33,225 nt of DNA. It comes from Amoebophrya sp. A120. Taxonomy: Eukaryota > Protista > Dinoflagellata. Shown piece by piece: positions 22,901 through 32,878 of this stretch. Both the position numbers and the translations under genes were made by a program. The notes under the pieces are model-generated. The model ran no database searches. It was given only the letters and a program-made list of their open reading frames with translations, and was not told the origin of the DNA. Location of the stretch: the NCBI GenBank assembly GCA_905178155.1, contig CAJINV010000002.1, forward strand, positions 1,571,738 through 1,604,962, written 5' to 3'. The first letter of the stretch is position 1, and each line of letters begins with the position of its first letter.

Positions 22901-25900
22901 GAACGTCCCCACCCCATAGTCAAGATGAAGAGCCGGCTAGACAAATCCACAAGTTTTGGCTGTTTTGCATGACAAATTTGGACTCGTAGTGTAGTGCTGT
23001 TTGAGGTAGTTCAGCAGCATCACAGATCTAGTATATCATGCTGATTGGAGCATGACAAATTCCAGAACACGACTAGACAATGCTTCTCATGGGGCTCCGC
23101 ATGAGAAACATTTTCAGCATGCAGATTTGCATTACAACTCTGGGGTGGGGACGTTTTTGAATACGATATCCCGCTACTCTGCTTTAACTCCATGTGCTTC
23201 ACCAGATCGGACATATCCAATGCAAACATGTCTGGGTCTGGAAGACTGCAAGTTTGTCTTGCTTGGCTAGCATGACGCTTAAGTCTGTCATTCACGTTAC
23301 CCAAAAGCCACAGCTTTCTGACATGCAAAAACGCAGTTGTTTGTCATGCCGGATAGACAACACCCAGCAACTCAGAAATTTGTCATGCTCAGCGGTCATT
23401 TGTGGCGTCCTCATGATTTGTCGATCAGCATCACAGGTTTCCAGACACAGACATATTTGCAGTTGATACGACACTTGCTTCGACAGCGTTTCAATCTGCT
23501 CCTGCGCGGATTCGCAAATCTTCCGCATATCCTCGATTTCCGTCGATTTTGTGTTCAGGTTTTGACTCTTTTCCTGTTGCTGCTCTAACTGCTTGATCTT
23601 TGCGACGACTTTTTTCAAATCGTCCAACCGCTCCGTGTGCTGGAACTCGCTAAGAAGGGATTTTTGCGAATCCGTGACCTTCTGGTTGTTTGTTCCGGGA
23701 AGACCTACGAGCTGCTGATTGCTTTCCAGTTGCCACCTGAACTTATTTCCCGATGAATTGATGTTGTTCATCATCCCCAGTTCTTCGTGTTGTCCTACGT
23801 GCTGACCCGGTAGAAGTGCTTCTAGCTCTACTTCCTCTCCCTTGTCCTCTGTCAACGGGGAAAAGGGTCCTTGCAAAATGACCCCGTCGGCTTTCAGATG
23901 CTCCTCCGCTGTGGTGGTGGATTCTTTGGACGGGGCAGCATTTCCTTTTTGGAGTGTATTGTTCTTTTCACTTGCCAGAATTGTTCCAGCGGAAGGAGCA
24001 GCTCTTTGTTGCGTCACCGTGGTAGTAAGCTTCTCTTCTACTTCTTTCAAATTCGCGGTTAACGTATCCACGTCGTCCTCCAGCGTTGCGATTCTACCAC
24101 GAAGAACCGCGTCCCCTTCAGTTCTTTCAGTATCAAATTTCAGCGGAGATGAAGCTGCACCCCCGGCAGTGTTCAACAAAAACTCCCTGTTTTTAACCCT
24201 CGTTTCTACCTGCCCGATTTTTTCCTGCACGAGCTGCAAGTCCATCCGCAAATCCACACTCCTGTCATATAACGCGCTCAGCCGTTACGATCTCAAATGT
24301 TGCAATAGAATATAGAAATCTGTGACGCAAGAGCGCATGATCTAGCCAACCCTCATAGGATTGCGCATGACAAGTTCCAGAGCCAAACCCCACTACAATC
24401 TGGCGAAATTTGTATTGCAGAAAGTGGAACGCTATGCGAGTCTGTCGTGCTCATCATGCAAGACAAATCTCAGACTCTATTGTAACGTTTGACATTGTAA
24501 CACCTGAGCGGGTTATATGTCGTTCGCCTTCTGCGACACTTGCTCCGCTTTCTCGGCCTGCTCCGCGGCGGATTCGGAGCGAGCGTATCAAATGCAAATG
24601 TGCCTGGGTCTGGAAGGATGCAAGATTTTTTGTCATGCACATTTCGCATGACTCCTGACGTCTGTGATGCATGCCCTAGCATCACAGATTTTGTGAGGTC
24701 TCCCTGATGCCTATACCGCATGAGAAAGGCCCTCTCGCCGTCGCCGTGGCGAAAACTAGACCTATTTGATGCTATAAATGCAATACAGATTTTCGTAGTA
24801 TCCAAATGCAGCATCACAAGTTACATCCTTCCCGACCCAGACACGATTGCAATGCATAGACCGGTTAAACGGGCGATTTCGGTGGACAATTGCTCCATTC
24901 GAGCTGTTATGCATTGCAAATAACGTCTTGTCTGGAAAACTTGAACCTGTATTGCTTCGCTTGCATCTTCCCTGTAGAATCTGTCCTGCATGACTGACAA
25001 AAGGAGCGCGACATCTTTGTTCGTACAAAAACGCAGTTTGTAATGCGCATTGCGAAAAAGGAGAAAGCGTCTGAAAAATTTGTCATGGTAGGCCGCTGCA
25101 CTCGAGAGGATGCTCAGTCATTACGATCCAGCATCACAAGTTTCTAGACCCAGATAAATTTGCATTTGATAGCTGTAGATTCCGCTTCTAAAAGATTTTC
25201 CAACGCCTGGAGTTCCTCCTGTAGCTTTTCCTCCGTCACGGTGTTTATTTCTGTTGCAGCTTGTTTCACTTGATTGAACTGTACCACCGTATCAAAAGGA
25301 AGAATCCCCCCTCCCCATATCGAAAACGAAATTTGTGATGCTGTATTTGAGTACACAAATCGATTCGTATTGCTAGAAGGCCAAGAGCCGCAGCTGTGGC
25401 CTGTTTTGCAGGTAATTTGTCATGCTGTTCCATACTTCCAGCTGCCTCCTGTCATGCTGAAAGTGCGAAGAATTCCCACACCGCCCTGCACTACAGTCCG
25501 CAACCTTTTGTTCCCTTCTAGCATGACAAAGCTGATCTGTGTCCACAAATATGCATCACAGATTTCGGTTTTGACATGGGGAGGGGGGATTTTTCTTTTC
25601 GATACACCGCCTCTGCGATTTTCGCGGTACACCCCTCGATGACCGTCGTTATGGAAGTGTCAGAATCGAAATTGAGAAAATCGAAAAACTTGTGATGTAA
25701 AAAATCGATACCAGTTGGAGCCTCAGCTTGTACGTGGCGCATGACAAATTTCGGGAGCACCCAAATTCAGTCTGTCATGCTTTTTGGGCAAAGAAGGCTG
25801 CTCCTGTCGTGCTACTCTGGCAGCACATTGTATACCCATAAACACGCTTACAATCGGCATCGTTTGCCTGTTCCCCACTACAGGCCTTACGTGCCCTACA

Positions 25901-28900
25901 TTTTACGCATCACAAATTTTTCGATTTTGTCGATTTCAAACCTGACGCTTCCATAGTCGTTTCTATCTCCGTAAACTTCGCGTCGACCGCCTCGCCGAAC
26001 TGGTCGGTTTCTTGCTTTAAAGAAGAAATTTCCTTTTTGACAGCATCGGCATTGTCCTGGACCTCCATAATATCCGCTTTGATTTTGTCCATCTCCAACG
26101 CAAGGGTCGTCCCCTTCTCCGCCTTCAACTTTGCTTCCTTCACTAAAGCCTCCAACACGTCCATTTTATCCGGTAAGATCGCCAATTTCGTGTACAGCTG
26201 CGGTGAGATTTTGCTCGAATTCTGCTTTTCCTTTTCCTGCGCTTCCGCCCACTGCTTCACGGTTAAACCCAATTCGTTCAGGTTTTTTTGGAACTGCTCT
26301 TTCAGGGAGGCGACTTCGGTTTGAACTTCTGAAAACTTCTTCATTTCCTGCTCTTGGTCAGCTTGTTGTGCTAGTGCGGTTTTACTTGCGTTCTGCACCG
26401 CAACTGCCTCCGCTTTTGCTGTCCTATCCGCGTCGATTTCTTTTTTCACCGTGTTGATTTGCGAGAAAACGTTTTCCTCCAAATCACTCACCGCGGTTTT
26501 GATTGCGGTTTTCAACTTCTCACTCACCACCCTGTCAATCCGCGCAAGCGTCGCTTGCTCCGTTTCCGTCCCGAGTTTTTCCAAGTCTTCGTTCAATTCT
26601 TTCACCGTGTCGGTTAAGTCCCACAGTTTCGCGGATAATTTCGAAACCTCGTCTTCTTGCTTCGTGGTGACATCCATTTCCGCTTCCATCAGCGCAAATT
26701 GCTTTTGCAGGGTCTGGAGTGAGAATTTATGGACTTGGAATTGCATCGTGATTTGTGCATGACAAAACTTGACTACCATAAAGGACTATGCATGCATGAC
26801 AAAAAGCAAAAAACGACTGTACCTCCCCTTGATGCGAGACTTCCTGCCTCAATTTTTTCTCCACATTCCCGACCAAGACCTGCACATCCTCCACCTTCTG
26901 TGGCATTTTCGCGAACCCCTCAATGCGGTTCGATAAAGTCTGCAACTCCGCTTCCACCGCTTCCAATCGCCAGCTGTTATTACTCCCGTTCGCTTCACTC
27001 GGAACCCCACCAGTTTTCGTTGTTACCGGCGACGCGAGCTGCGGCCCGCAGGAATTTTCATCGTTCATCATTTTGTCGGTCAAATGCCAATCTTCCAAGG
27101 ATTTCAACTTGTTGCTCATGGAAAATTTACTATTCATTTTCTCCTGCATTTCCGCCTCTTGATTCGCGAGTTTCTTCTGGATGTATCCTGTGCAAAAGTA
27201 TCGCACTCGTAGTAATTGCAGTCATGCATTACAAATTTTCTTCTTAATGTAAATCCGCATGACAAATTTTATTTCTCATGCTGGCAAAATTTGTAATGCA
27301 TTTATACGAGTACGATATATTTGCAATGCATAGGATGTCTAATGCCGCAATTTCCAATTCCCGCATCTTCTTATCAAAAGGAAAAATCCCCCCTCCCCGT
27401 ATCAAAACGAAATTTCTGATGCTGGATCCGGATACACAAATCGCGCTTGCCTTGCAGCAGAGGACTGCAGGCATATGCCAAGCCTGAGGCGAGAGGTTTT
27501 GACGTAGGTGCCTAGCATGCCAAACGCCCATGCTGTAGGCCCAACAGCATTACAAACCGCCTACATAGTGCAGCGGACTCTCTAGATTTGCCTTCTTGCA
27601 AGACAAACAGGATTTGTGGTCACAAATCTGCATCACAAATTTTCAGGCGCATGCGTGTTCAATATGGGGAGGGGAGATTTTTCCTTACGATACTTCTTCT
27701 CGTACGTTTGGAACTGCTTTTCCACTTCCAGCTGAATTAATTTCGACACTTGATCGGCGTCGAGGGGTAGTTGCTGCTGTTGTTGCTGCTGCTGCTGTTG
27801 CGATGAAACCGTCGCGGTAATTTGCTCCTGCTTTAGTGAAATGTTCGCAAATTTCTCTTCGAATAATTTCTCCATTTGTAACACCTTGTTGTTCTGCTGT
27901 AAAAAATTCCGCTTCCACTCGGAGGACAAATCCATCTTCTCTAATTTCTGCTTTTGCTCTAAGTTCGCGGTTTCCTGGGCCACGAGCGTTTTGCAGAAAT
28001 CGAGGACTTTCTCGTTCATATTTGAGGCGGAACTTCCGGCGTTCAGGTTGTTTCCAGCGATCTGTTGTTCCCACAATTTTTCGTCTAACTCCTATTACAA
28101 TGAAAAATGCCCCCACCCCCAGCTTGGCAGCATTTGTATTGCAAACCTTTCCAACAGAAACATTCCCCGTCTTGCATGCATCAGCATCACAGATTTTCCA
28201 TGCTGAATAGGTCAAATCTGTGTTGCGAAGTAGCCCAACAGCAGCCGGATCTGTTATGCACAAGGCACCTTGCGCACCCAGCTTCTGCATCAGAAGCGCT
28301 CGCATAATCCTTTCATGCATAGATAAAAAGCTCTTCATTTGAAAACCTTATGCATGACAAACTTCTGCAAATTCCGGGGTGGGGGCATTTTTCATCGTAA
28401 TAACTCCCTCACTTTCTTCTGCAGCTGCTGGATCACGTTGTGCTCGGATTGTGTCATGCTCGGAGTCTATGCAGAAAAAAAACTGTGTAAGTGTAACTTT
28501 GTAATGCAGAACATGCAACAGAGTTACGCCTGTCATGCCAAACAACCATGAAGTCCTCTCTTCATGTGTGTTTTCCCTTACAAACCACGCATGACAGGTT
28601 TTCGCTGTCATGTAGAGCGAATTTGTGATGCTGTCAGCCAAGGAAACTTACACTAACACAGTTTTTTTCTTGTATAGAGTCCCGCCCGCATGATGGCTAC
28701 TAAATCCGGACACATTGTTTCCTGTTGCACTACCCCCTCCTCCTCCTCCTCCGTTGGACACTATCTGCAGGATTTTCTGCTCCAATTTCCCCTCCAATAA
28801 CCCAACCGCCCGCTCGATCTCCCGTCTATCGAGTTCCACCTGCTTCTGCAGACTCGCGATCATGGAGATCGATCGTTGATTTACCAAATCGATCTGCTTC

Positions 28901-29136
28901 TGCAACGTCGCCTGCTGCACCGCCTCGGAATAGGTCGGGTAAATCGAGGTGCCGCCCGTGACAGCAGTAGAACCGCCCACACCAGATGGTACTAGCTGAA
29001 ACCCGCCCTGTTGTATCGTGCGGTTGTGCATGACAGAGTCGCGGTGGTTTTCCCGGTTGCTAAAATTATCCATCTGGCGGTCGCCCTCGCGGAGGATGGA
29101 CGCAATGTGCGCCACCGATGCGTTCACGTGGTCCAT
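16934..29136 (-). CDS. Large hypothetical protein, ~1936 aa, 26 exons; N-terminal half coiled-coil-like (E/K/Q/L-rich), C-terminal half Ser/Asp-rich low complexity
   Basis: ATG at 29136 (MDHVNASV), TGA at 16936-16934. Removing 24 introners (element + 5 bp) and one GT-AG intron (26714-26822) removes 6392 of 12203 nt, leaving 5811 nt (1937 codons). Each junction was frame-checked. It links ORFs 28648-29136, 27633-28076, 26727-27206, 25910-26779, 23292-24257, 22465-22950, 20142-21041, 18846-19631 and the micro-exons without stops. Confidence 0.88.
16952..17231. mobile_element. Introner, family C
   Basis: DR ATCAA; TATCCTGAGTAAAAACGTACCC...GGGGACGTTTTTAAATAGGATA. Confidence 0.9.
17372..17524. 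mobile_element. Introner, family D (~150 bp)
   Basis: DR GTGGA; TIR TATCCTGTGCAAAAGTATCGTACT; frame restored. Confidence 0.9.
17672..17820. mobile_element. Introner, family D (opposite orientation to 17372)
   Basis: DR AATCA; frame restored. Confidence 0.9.
17863..18113. mobile_element. Introner, family B
   Basis: DR ACTAC/ACGAC; TIR AAATGCAAAAATGTCTGGGTCTGGAA; frame restored. Confidence 0.9.
18252..18543. mobile_element. Introner, family C
   Basis: DR TCATC; frame restored. Confidence 0.9.
18628..18886. mobile_element. Introner, family B
   Basis: DR GCGAA/GCGAC; frame restored. Confidence 0.88.
19642..19902. mobile_element. Introner, family B
   Basis: DR CTTCT; near-perfect ~30-bp TIR; junction DSLE/EQLGKIDF. 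Confidence 0.92.
19953..20203. mobile_element. Introner, family B
   Basis: DR GGGAA/GAGAA; close relative of 17863-18113; frame restored. Confidence 0.88.
20952..21220. mobile_element. Introner, family B
   Basis: DR GCGGG/GCGGT; relative of 19642-19902; frame restored. Confidence 0.88.
21266..21518. mobile_element. Degenerate introner, family B
   Basis: Left end reads GAT instead of TAT and lacks the GTCTGGGTC part of the TIR; DR TGCCG/TCCCC; removing 258 nt restores the frame. Confidence 0.72.
21567..21824. mobile_element. Introner, family B
   Basis: DR GGACG; frame restored. Confidence 0.9.
21921..22212. mobile_element. Introner, family C
   Basis: DR CCGCT; near-perfect TIR TATCCTCAGTAAAAACGTCCCCAC. 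Confidence 0.92.
22266..22528. mobile_element. Introner, family B
   Basis: DR GATGG; frame restored. Confidence 0.92.
22889..23168. mobile_element. Introner, family C
   Basis: DR TCCCG; close relative of 16952-17231. Confidence 0.9.
23214..23468. mobile_element. Introner, family B
   Basis: DR GGACA/CGACA; frame restored. Confidence 0.88.
24268..24517. mobile_element. Introner, singleton family F
   Basis: DR TGTCA/TGTCG; long imperfect TIR TATAACGCGCTCAG...CTGAGCGGGTTATA; junction QKAND/RSVDLRMD. Confidence 0.88.
24586..24858. mobile_element. Introner, family B
   Basis: DR GAGCG/GACCG; inverted relative of 21266-21518; frame restored. Confidence 0.88.
24908..25171. mobile_element. Introner, family B
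   Basis: DR GCTGT; frame restored. Confidence 0.88.
25290..25604. mobile_element. Introner, family A
   Basis: DR CACCG; frame restored. Confidence 0.92.
25650..25955. mobile_element. Introner, singleton family G
   Basis: DR GTCGT; TIR TATGGAAGTGTCAG...CTGACGCTTCCATA; frame restored. Confidence 0.9.
26714..26822 (-). other. Canonical GT-AG intron (109 bp)
   Basis: GAG|GTACAG...CTCACTCCAG|ACC; phase 0; joins ORFs 26727-27206 and 25910-26779. Confidence 0.75.
27184..27332. mobile_element. Introner, family D
   Basis: DR GGATG; frame restored. Confidence 0.9.
27372..27692. mobile_element. Introner, family A
   Basis: DR CTTCT; relative of 13112-13432; frame restored. Confidence 0.9.
28093..28402. 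mobile_element. Introner, singleton family E (A-like TIR, different interior)
   Basis: DR ACTCC; TIR TATTACAATGAAAAATGCCCCCACCCC; frame restored. Confidence 0.92.
28468..28676. mobile_element. Introner, family H
   Basis: DR GAGTC; TIR TATGCAGAAAAAAAACTGTGTAAGTGTAA; frame restored. Confidence 0.9.
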
Positions 29137-29806
29137 TTTCTTGGTACTGTTGCGGTCGGTCTCAGTGGAAGGAGTTTTTACGTGGCCGCGGGGTGTAGAA
29201 CTACTTCATTATTCAGGCTGTAGAAACGTGCTTTTCACAGAAAGTTGTAGAAGAACATCCTTACTACGCATACAAAAAAAATGCAACTCAGGAGCACCTC
29301 CCCAGCACCTTTCACAGTTGCACGAACTCGCTTATTTCTGCTTTCGCTCGTTCAGCCTACACGGAAGAGATGCACTCAGAGCGGTCATCGCCTCGGTATC
29401 ATGATGAGAAGCAAAAAGTCCCAACAGACGGCCCCGGACGGAACCCACCTACGGCAGGCACGCAAAAATGCGCCGCATTCTGCTTTTTTTTGTCTCGCAT
29501 TGTCGTTGGTATTGGTACAACTCCATCTTACAAATCTTGTCCAGCGCTGTTCTTGCTTTGTTCGTTGCTTTGTCAGTATTGAGTCCTAATCGCGTGTTGC
29601 ATTACGCTCTATTCTTGCCATTGAAACCTAAAACTAAAATCATTCACAGTGTATCATGTCCGTCGTGTTCTGATGTAAAATTTTGAAACTTCAAATGGGT
29701 GAGAGGCGAAAAAATTTTGTACAAGTGGTTGTAAAACAACTTTCAAGAAACGCATAGTGGTTTTCGATACAAAATGCGTACTGCATCAGAAAAGCGTAAA
29801 AAAACG

Positions 29807-32603
29807 CTAGTCCGACAACAGGTTCTCATGCGATTCCGACTTTTCGAGCGGATTTCTGCTTCCGCCGCCGTTCAATTTCGCCACCGCGGCGCTATTCGTC
29901 GCCGTCATCATCTCCGTCCGTGGAGACGGTGCGAAGACGTCCACTTCGCTATGAAAGAGAGAACAACCTCCCCCCGCTCCCTCACTTGGAAGGCAGGGTC
30001 AGCAACAGAAATGGGAGCAGAAATGCGTGCACTACATGAGAAATCTACCCATGGATTCTAGTTCTGTCTCGGATGCTGCAACTTGTCATGTAAGCTATTG
30101 CAATAAGGCAACAGATTGAGTTGCGTTTTTGCATGACAATTGAGGCGCAGGGGAACAGGTCGTTGTGCAATCATCTCATATTCGCGGAAGCTCATGTTGA
30201 AAAAGTCCTGGCTTGTGCGGACAGACGAGGCCGATGCGGGATAATTCGTGTTGCCAGACGCCGATGCAACCACTTGTGACTTGATGTTCTGCAACTGGGG
30301 AGCTACTGAAACTGATGACGAAGCGGAAAACAAGCCACTACCTTTCTCTTCCACGCTCCCCCCGCCGATTGCTAGAGAATTGTTGTTGGCGTACAAAATC
30401 TTCCGATTAGTGCTGTAGTTGTGCTGCTCCCTGCCACCGTCGTCCCGCCCTAGCACGCTGCTCACATTCCTTGGGGAACCCGGGAGAGCTGGGATCGATC
30501 TTAAACTTGGCGGCTCAGCTATCCTATGTAGAAACGTCCCCACCCCATAGCTGCAATGCAAATCTGCATGCTGAAAGTGTTTCTCATGCGGAACCCCATG
30601 GGAAGCGTTTTCCAGTGGTGCTTTGAGATTTGTTATGCTCAAACAAGCATGATAAAACGGATCTGTGATGCTTCGGAACTGGCTAAACAGGATTACACTA
30701 CGAGGACAGACTTGTCATGCGAAATAACCAAAAGTGGCTGCCTTGTCTAGCGGATTTTCCATCTTGACGGATTCCGGTGTGGGGACATTTTTACTCAGGA
30801 TATCAGCTGCTGCTGCTGCGTGTGTCGTGGTTCCTTGTTTCGAAGTATTGTGAGGAAAAATCCCCCCTCCCCATATTGAGCAGGTATGTTCCTAAAAATT
30901 TGTGATGCTGATATGTGGCCACAAATCCTGTCTCTCTTGCAAGAGGGCAAATCCAAAGAATCCGCCGGCCTATGCAGGCGATTTGTAATGTTGTTGCGGC
31001 TACATGGCAGGCCTCTGCTATGCTAAGCACCTACATCAAAACACACCTACACAGGCTTAGGCGTTGCCTGCAGTGTCTCTCTGCAAGACAGAGCTGATTT
31101 GTGTACACAAATCCAGCAACACAAATTTCCGTTTTAATATGGGGAGGGGGGGATTTTTCCTCACAATACGAAGAGCTCGCGGAAATCGTACTTCCACTGC
31201 CACTAGTTCCGTTCAAAGGCCCCACTCCGCTGTTAAAAGCTTTGCCCTTCTCCATATCAGCCTGCTGTTTCAAATGCTCCTTCCGCCCGGGTAAGCCGAA
31301 GCAGAATTCCTCGAACTCCAGGGAGTTCTCTTTATGTTCGAACGCCCGCCAGATCTGCTGTAAGACCAATTTCTTGTTCGGATTCTTCTCGTTGATCAAC
31401 TTGGTGCAACCTAATTCGAACAAATTCTTCGTCATCAGCCTCGCAGGCGTCGCGTGCATGATCGTCTTCCAGGTGTCTTGGATGGTCTTGGTGTACCGGG
31501 CGGTAATGAGCTCGCGGAAGAGAATTAGAAGGACGGCTTTTACCTGATACAGAGGCGGATTAATTTTTGTCATGTGGTGATGTAAACCAAGAAGAGAACA
31601 AACTTCATCCAAATCCAGCATGACAAAAACCTTTATACTCATCCAAATCCAGCATGACAAAAACGATACCTCATCCAAATCCAGCATGACAAAAAACATT
31701 CACACTTAGTACCTGTTCCGGCACATTCGCCTGTGCGTACTTCAACTCCTCCCGTAAATGCGCCAACTTATCCTGTGCAAAAGTACCGCGCTCGTACTAG
31801 TAAAAATCGCAGTCATGCATTAGAAATCTTTTTCTTGAGGTAAATCCGCATTGCAAATCCTAATTCTCATGCTGAGGAAATTTGTCATGCGCTTTGTCGG
31901 TTTGTACCAGTACGATACTTCTGCAATTCATACAATTGCACTTTCTCTAAATCCAATTGCTCCCTCTCCTCCTTGATCTGCAATTCCACCGTGCTTCGCC
32001 ACTTTTTGATTTCCTCGTCTAACTTCAAGTTCGCGGCTTGAAACTCCGACTTTATCGTCTGCATCTCCTTCTCGTGCTTTAGTTTCAACTGGACTAACGC
32101 GTCTTGCTTCTCTAAGTCTTGTTTTTTCTTCACCGATTCGATTTTCTTCTCCATGTTCTTCTCCAACTCGTTGCATTCATTTCTGAACTCTTCCTATCAA
32201 CTGTAAAAATGTCTGGGTCTCCTGGAAAGTTGGAACTTGTGATGCTAACTTTGGACTCTAAAAAAATGTGTATTGCATGACAAGCAACACGAGCCACATT
32301 TGTGCTACGCGAGGAGGGCATTTGTCATGCGAAAATGGCATCAGGAAGCGTTCCAAAAATCTGTGATGCTGGGTCATGCATTACAAGCATCATGGCTCAT
32401 GCCAGACAAGCATGACAAGCCTTTCATTCTTCCAGACCCAGACATTTTTACATTTGATACTTCCTTCAGCTGTTTAATTCCCTCGTGATTTAATTTCTCT
32501 AGCTGCTCTTTCTCCTCCCGGAATTCCTTCACTAAAGCCTTTTTCGCCAAATCAAACTCCGCCTGCTTGTTCTTCATTTGCTTCTCGAATAATTTCTTTC
32601 CCT
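29807..32603 (-). CDS. Hypothetical coiled-coil protein, 3' part only (~445 codons in window)
   Basis: Frame is continuous from GKKLFEKQMKNKQAEF to ...SHENLLSD* (TAG 29809-29807) after removing 5 introners and the GT-AG intron 31544-31712. The upstream boundary is an introner end at 32604, so the 5' exons lie outside the window. Confidence 0.8.
29950..30180. mobile_element. Introner, singleton family I (diverged TIR)
   Basis: TTCGC|TATGA...TCATA|TTCGC; junction MSFRE/VDVFAPSP. Confidence 0.75.
30520..30802. mobile_element. Introner, family C
   Basis: DR TCAGC; frame restored. Confidence 0.9.
30846..31168. mobile_element. Introner, family A
   Basis: DR CGAAG; perfect terminal TATTGTGAGGAAAAATCCCCCC repeat; frame restored. 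Confidence 0.92.
31544..31712 (-). other. Canonical GT-AG intron (169 bp) with three tandem TCATCCAAATCCAGCATGACAAAAA copies
   Basis: CAG|GTACTAAG...TGTATCAG|GTA; phase 0; junction NVPEQ/VKAVLL. Confidence 0.78.
31769..31932. mobile_element. Introner, family D
   Basis: DR CAACT/CAATT; frame restored. Confidence 0.88.
32195..32459. mobile_element. Introner, family B
   Basis: DR CTTCC; frame restored. Confidence 0.9.
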
Positions 32604-32650
32604 TATGCATTGCAAAACTATCCGTACTAGTAGAAGCTGCATCACAAACA
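32604..32650. mobile_element. One end of a D-like introner, running into GC-rich repeat; partner end not in window
   Basis: TCCCT|TATGCATTGCAAAACTATCCGTACTAGTAGAAGCTGCATCACAAA resembles the family-D terminus. Confidence 0.7.
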
Positions 32651-32878
32651 AGGTCCGAGCACGGGGACAGAGTCCCCGTGCGGCGACCTTCCGGCATTTG
32701 TCTGCGCGGTGGCACTGGGCAGGCAGGTCGCTCGCAGCTAGGTATCTCGGTGCGCCTTGCATTCAATGACCCGCGACGGGCCTGCGGACGCGGCACCCTT
32801 GCTTGCGCGCACTGGATTCATCAGCCTGCCGCGCGCAAAGATAAAAAGAAAAGAAGAAACTGGCGCCGGGTCTGCAGC

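Noticed and set aside
13486-25609. 2-bp or 3-bp target duplications for families B and A
   Set aside because: First impression only; setting the ends at TAT/ATA reveals a 5-bp DR in every family
17863-32459. Recurrent peptides in the ORF track (KCKNVWVWK, FQTQTFLHL, NAKMSGSGR) as a repeat-protein family
   Set aside because: They are translations of the family-B TIR in different frames
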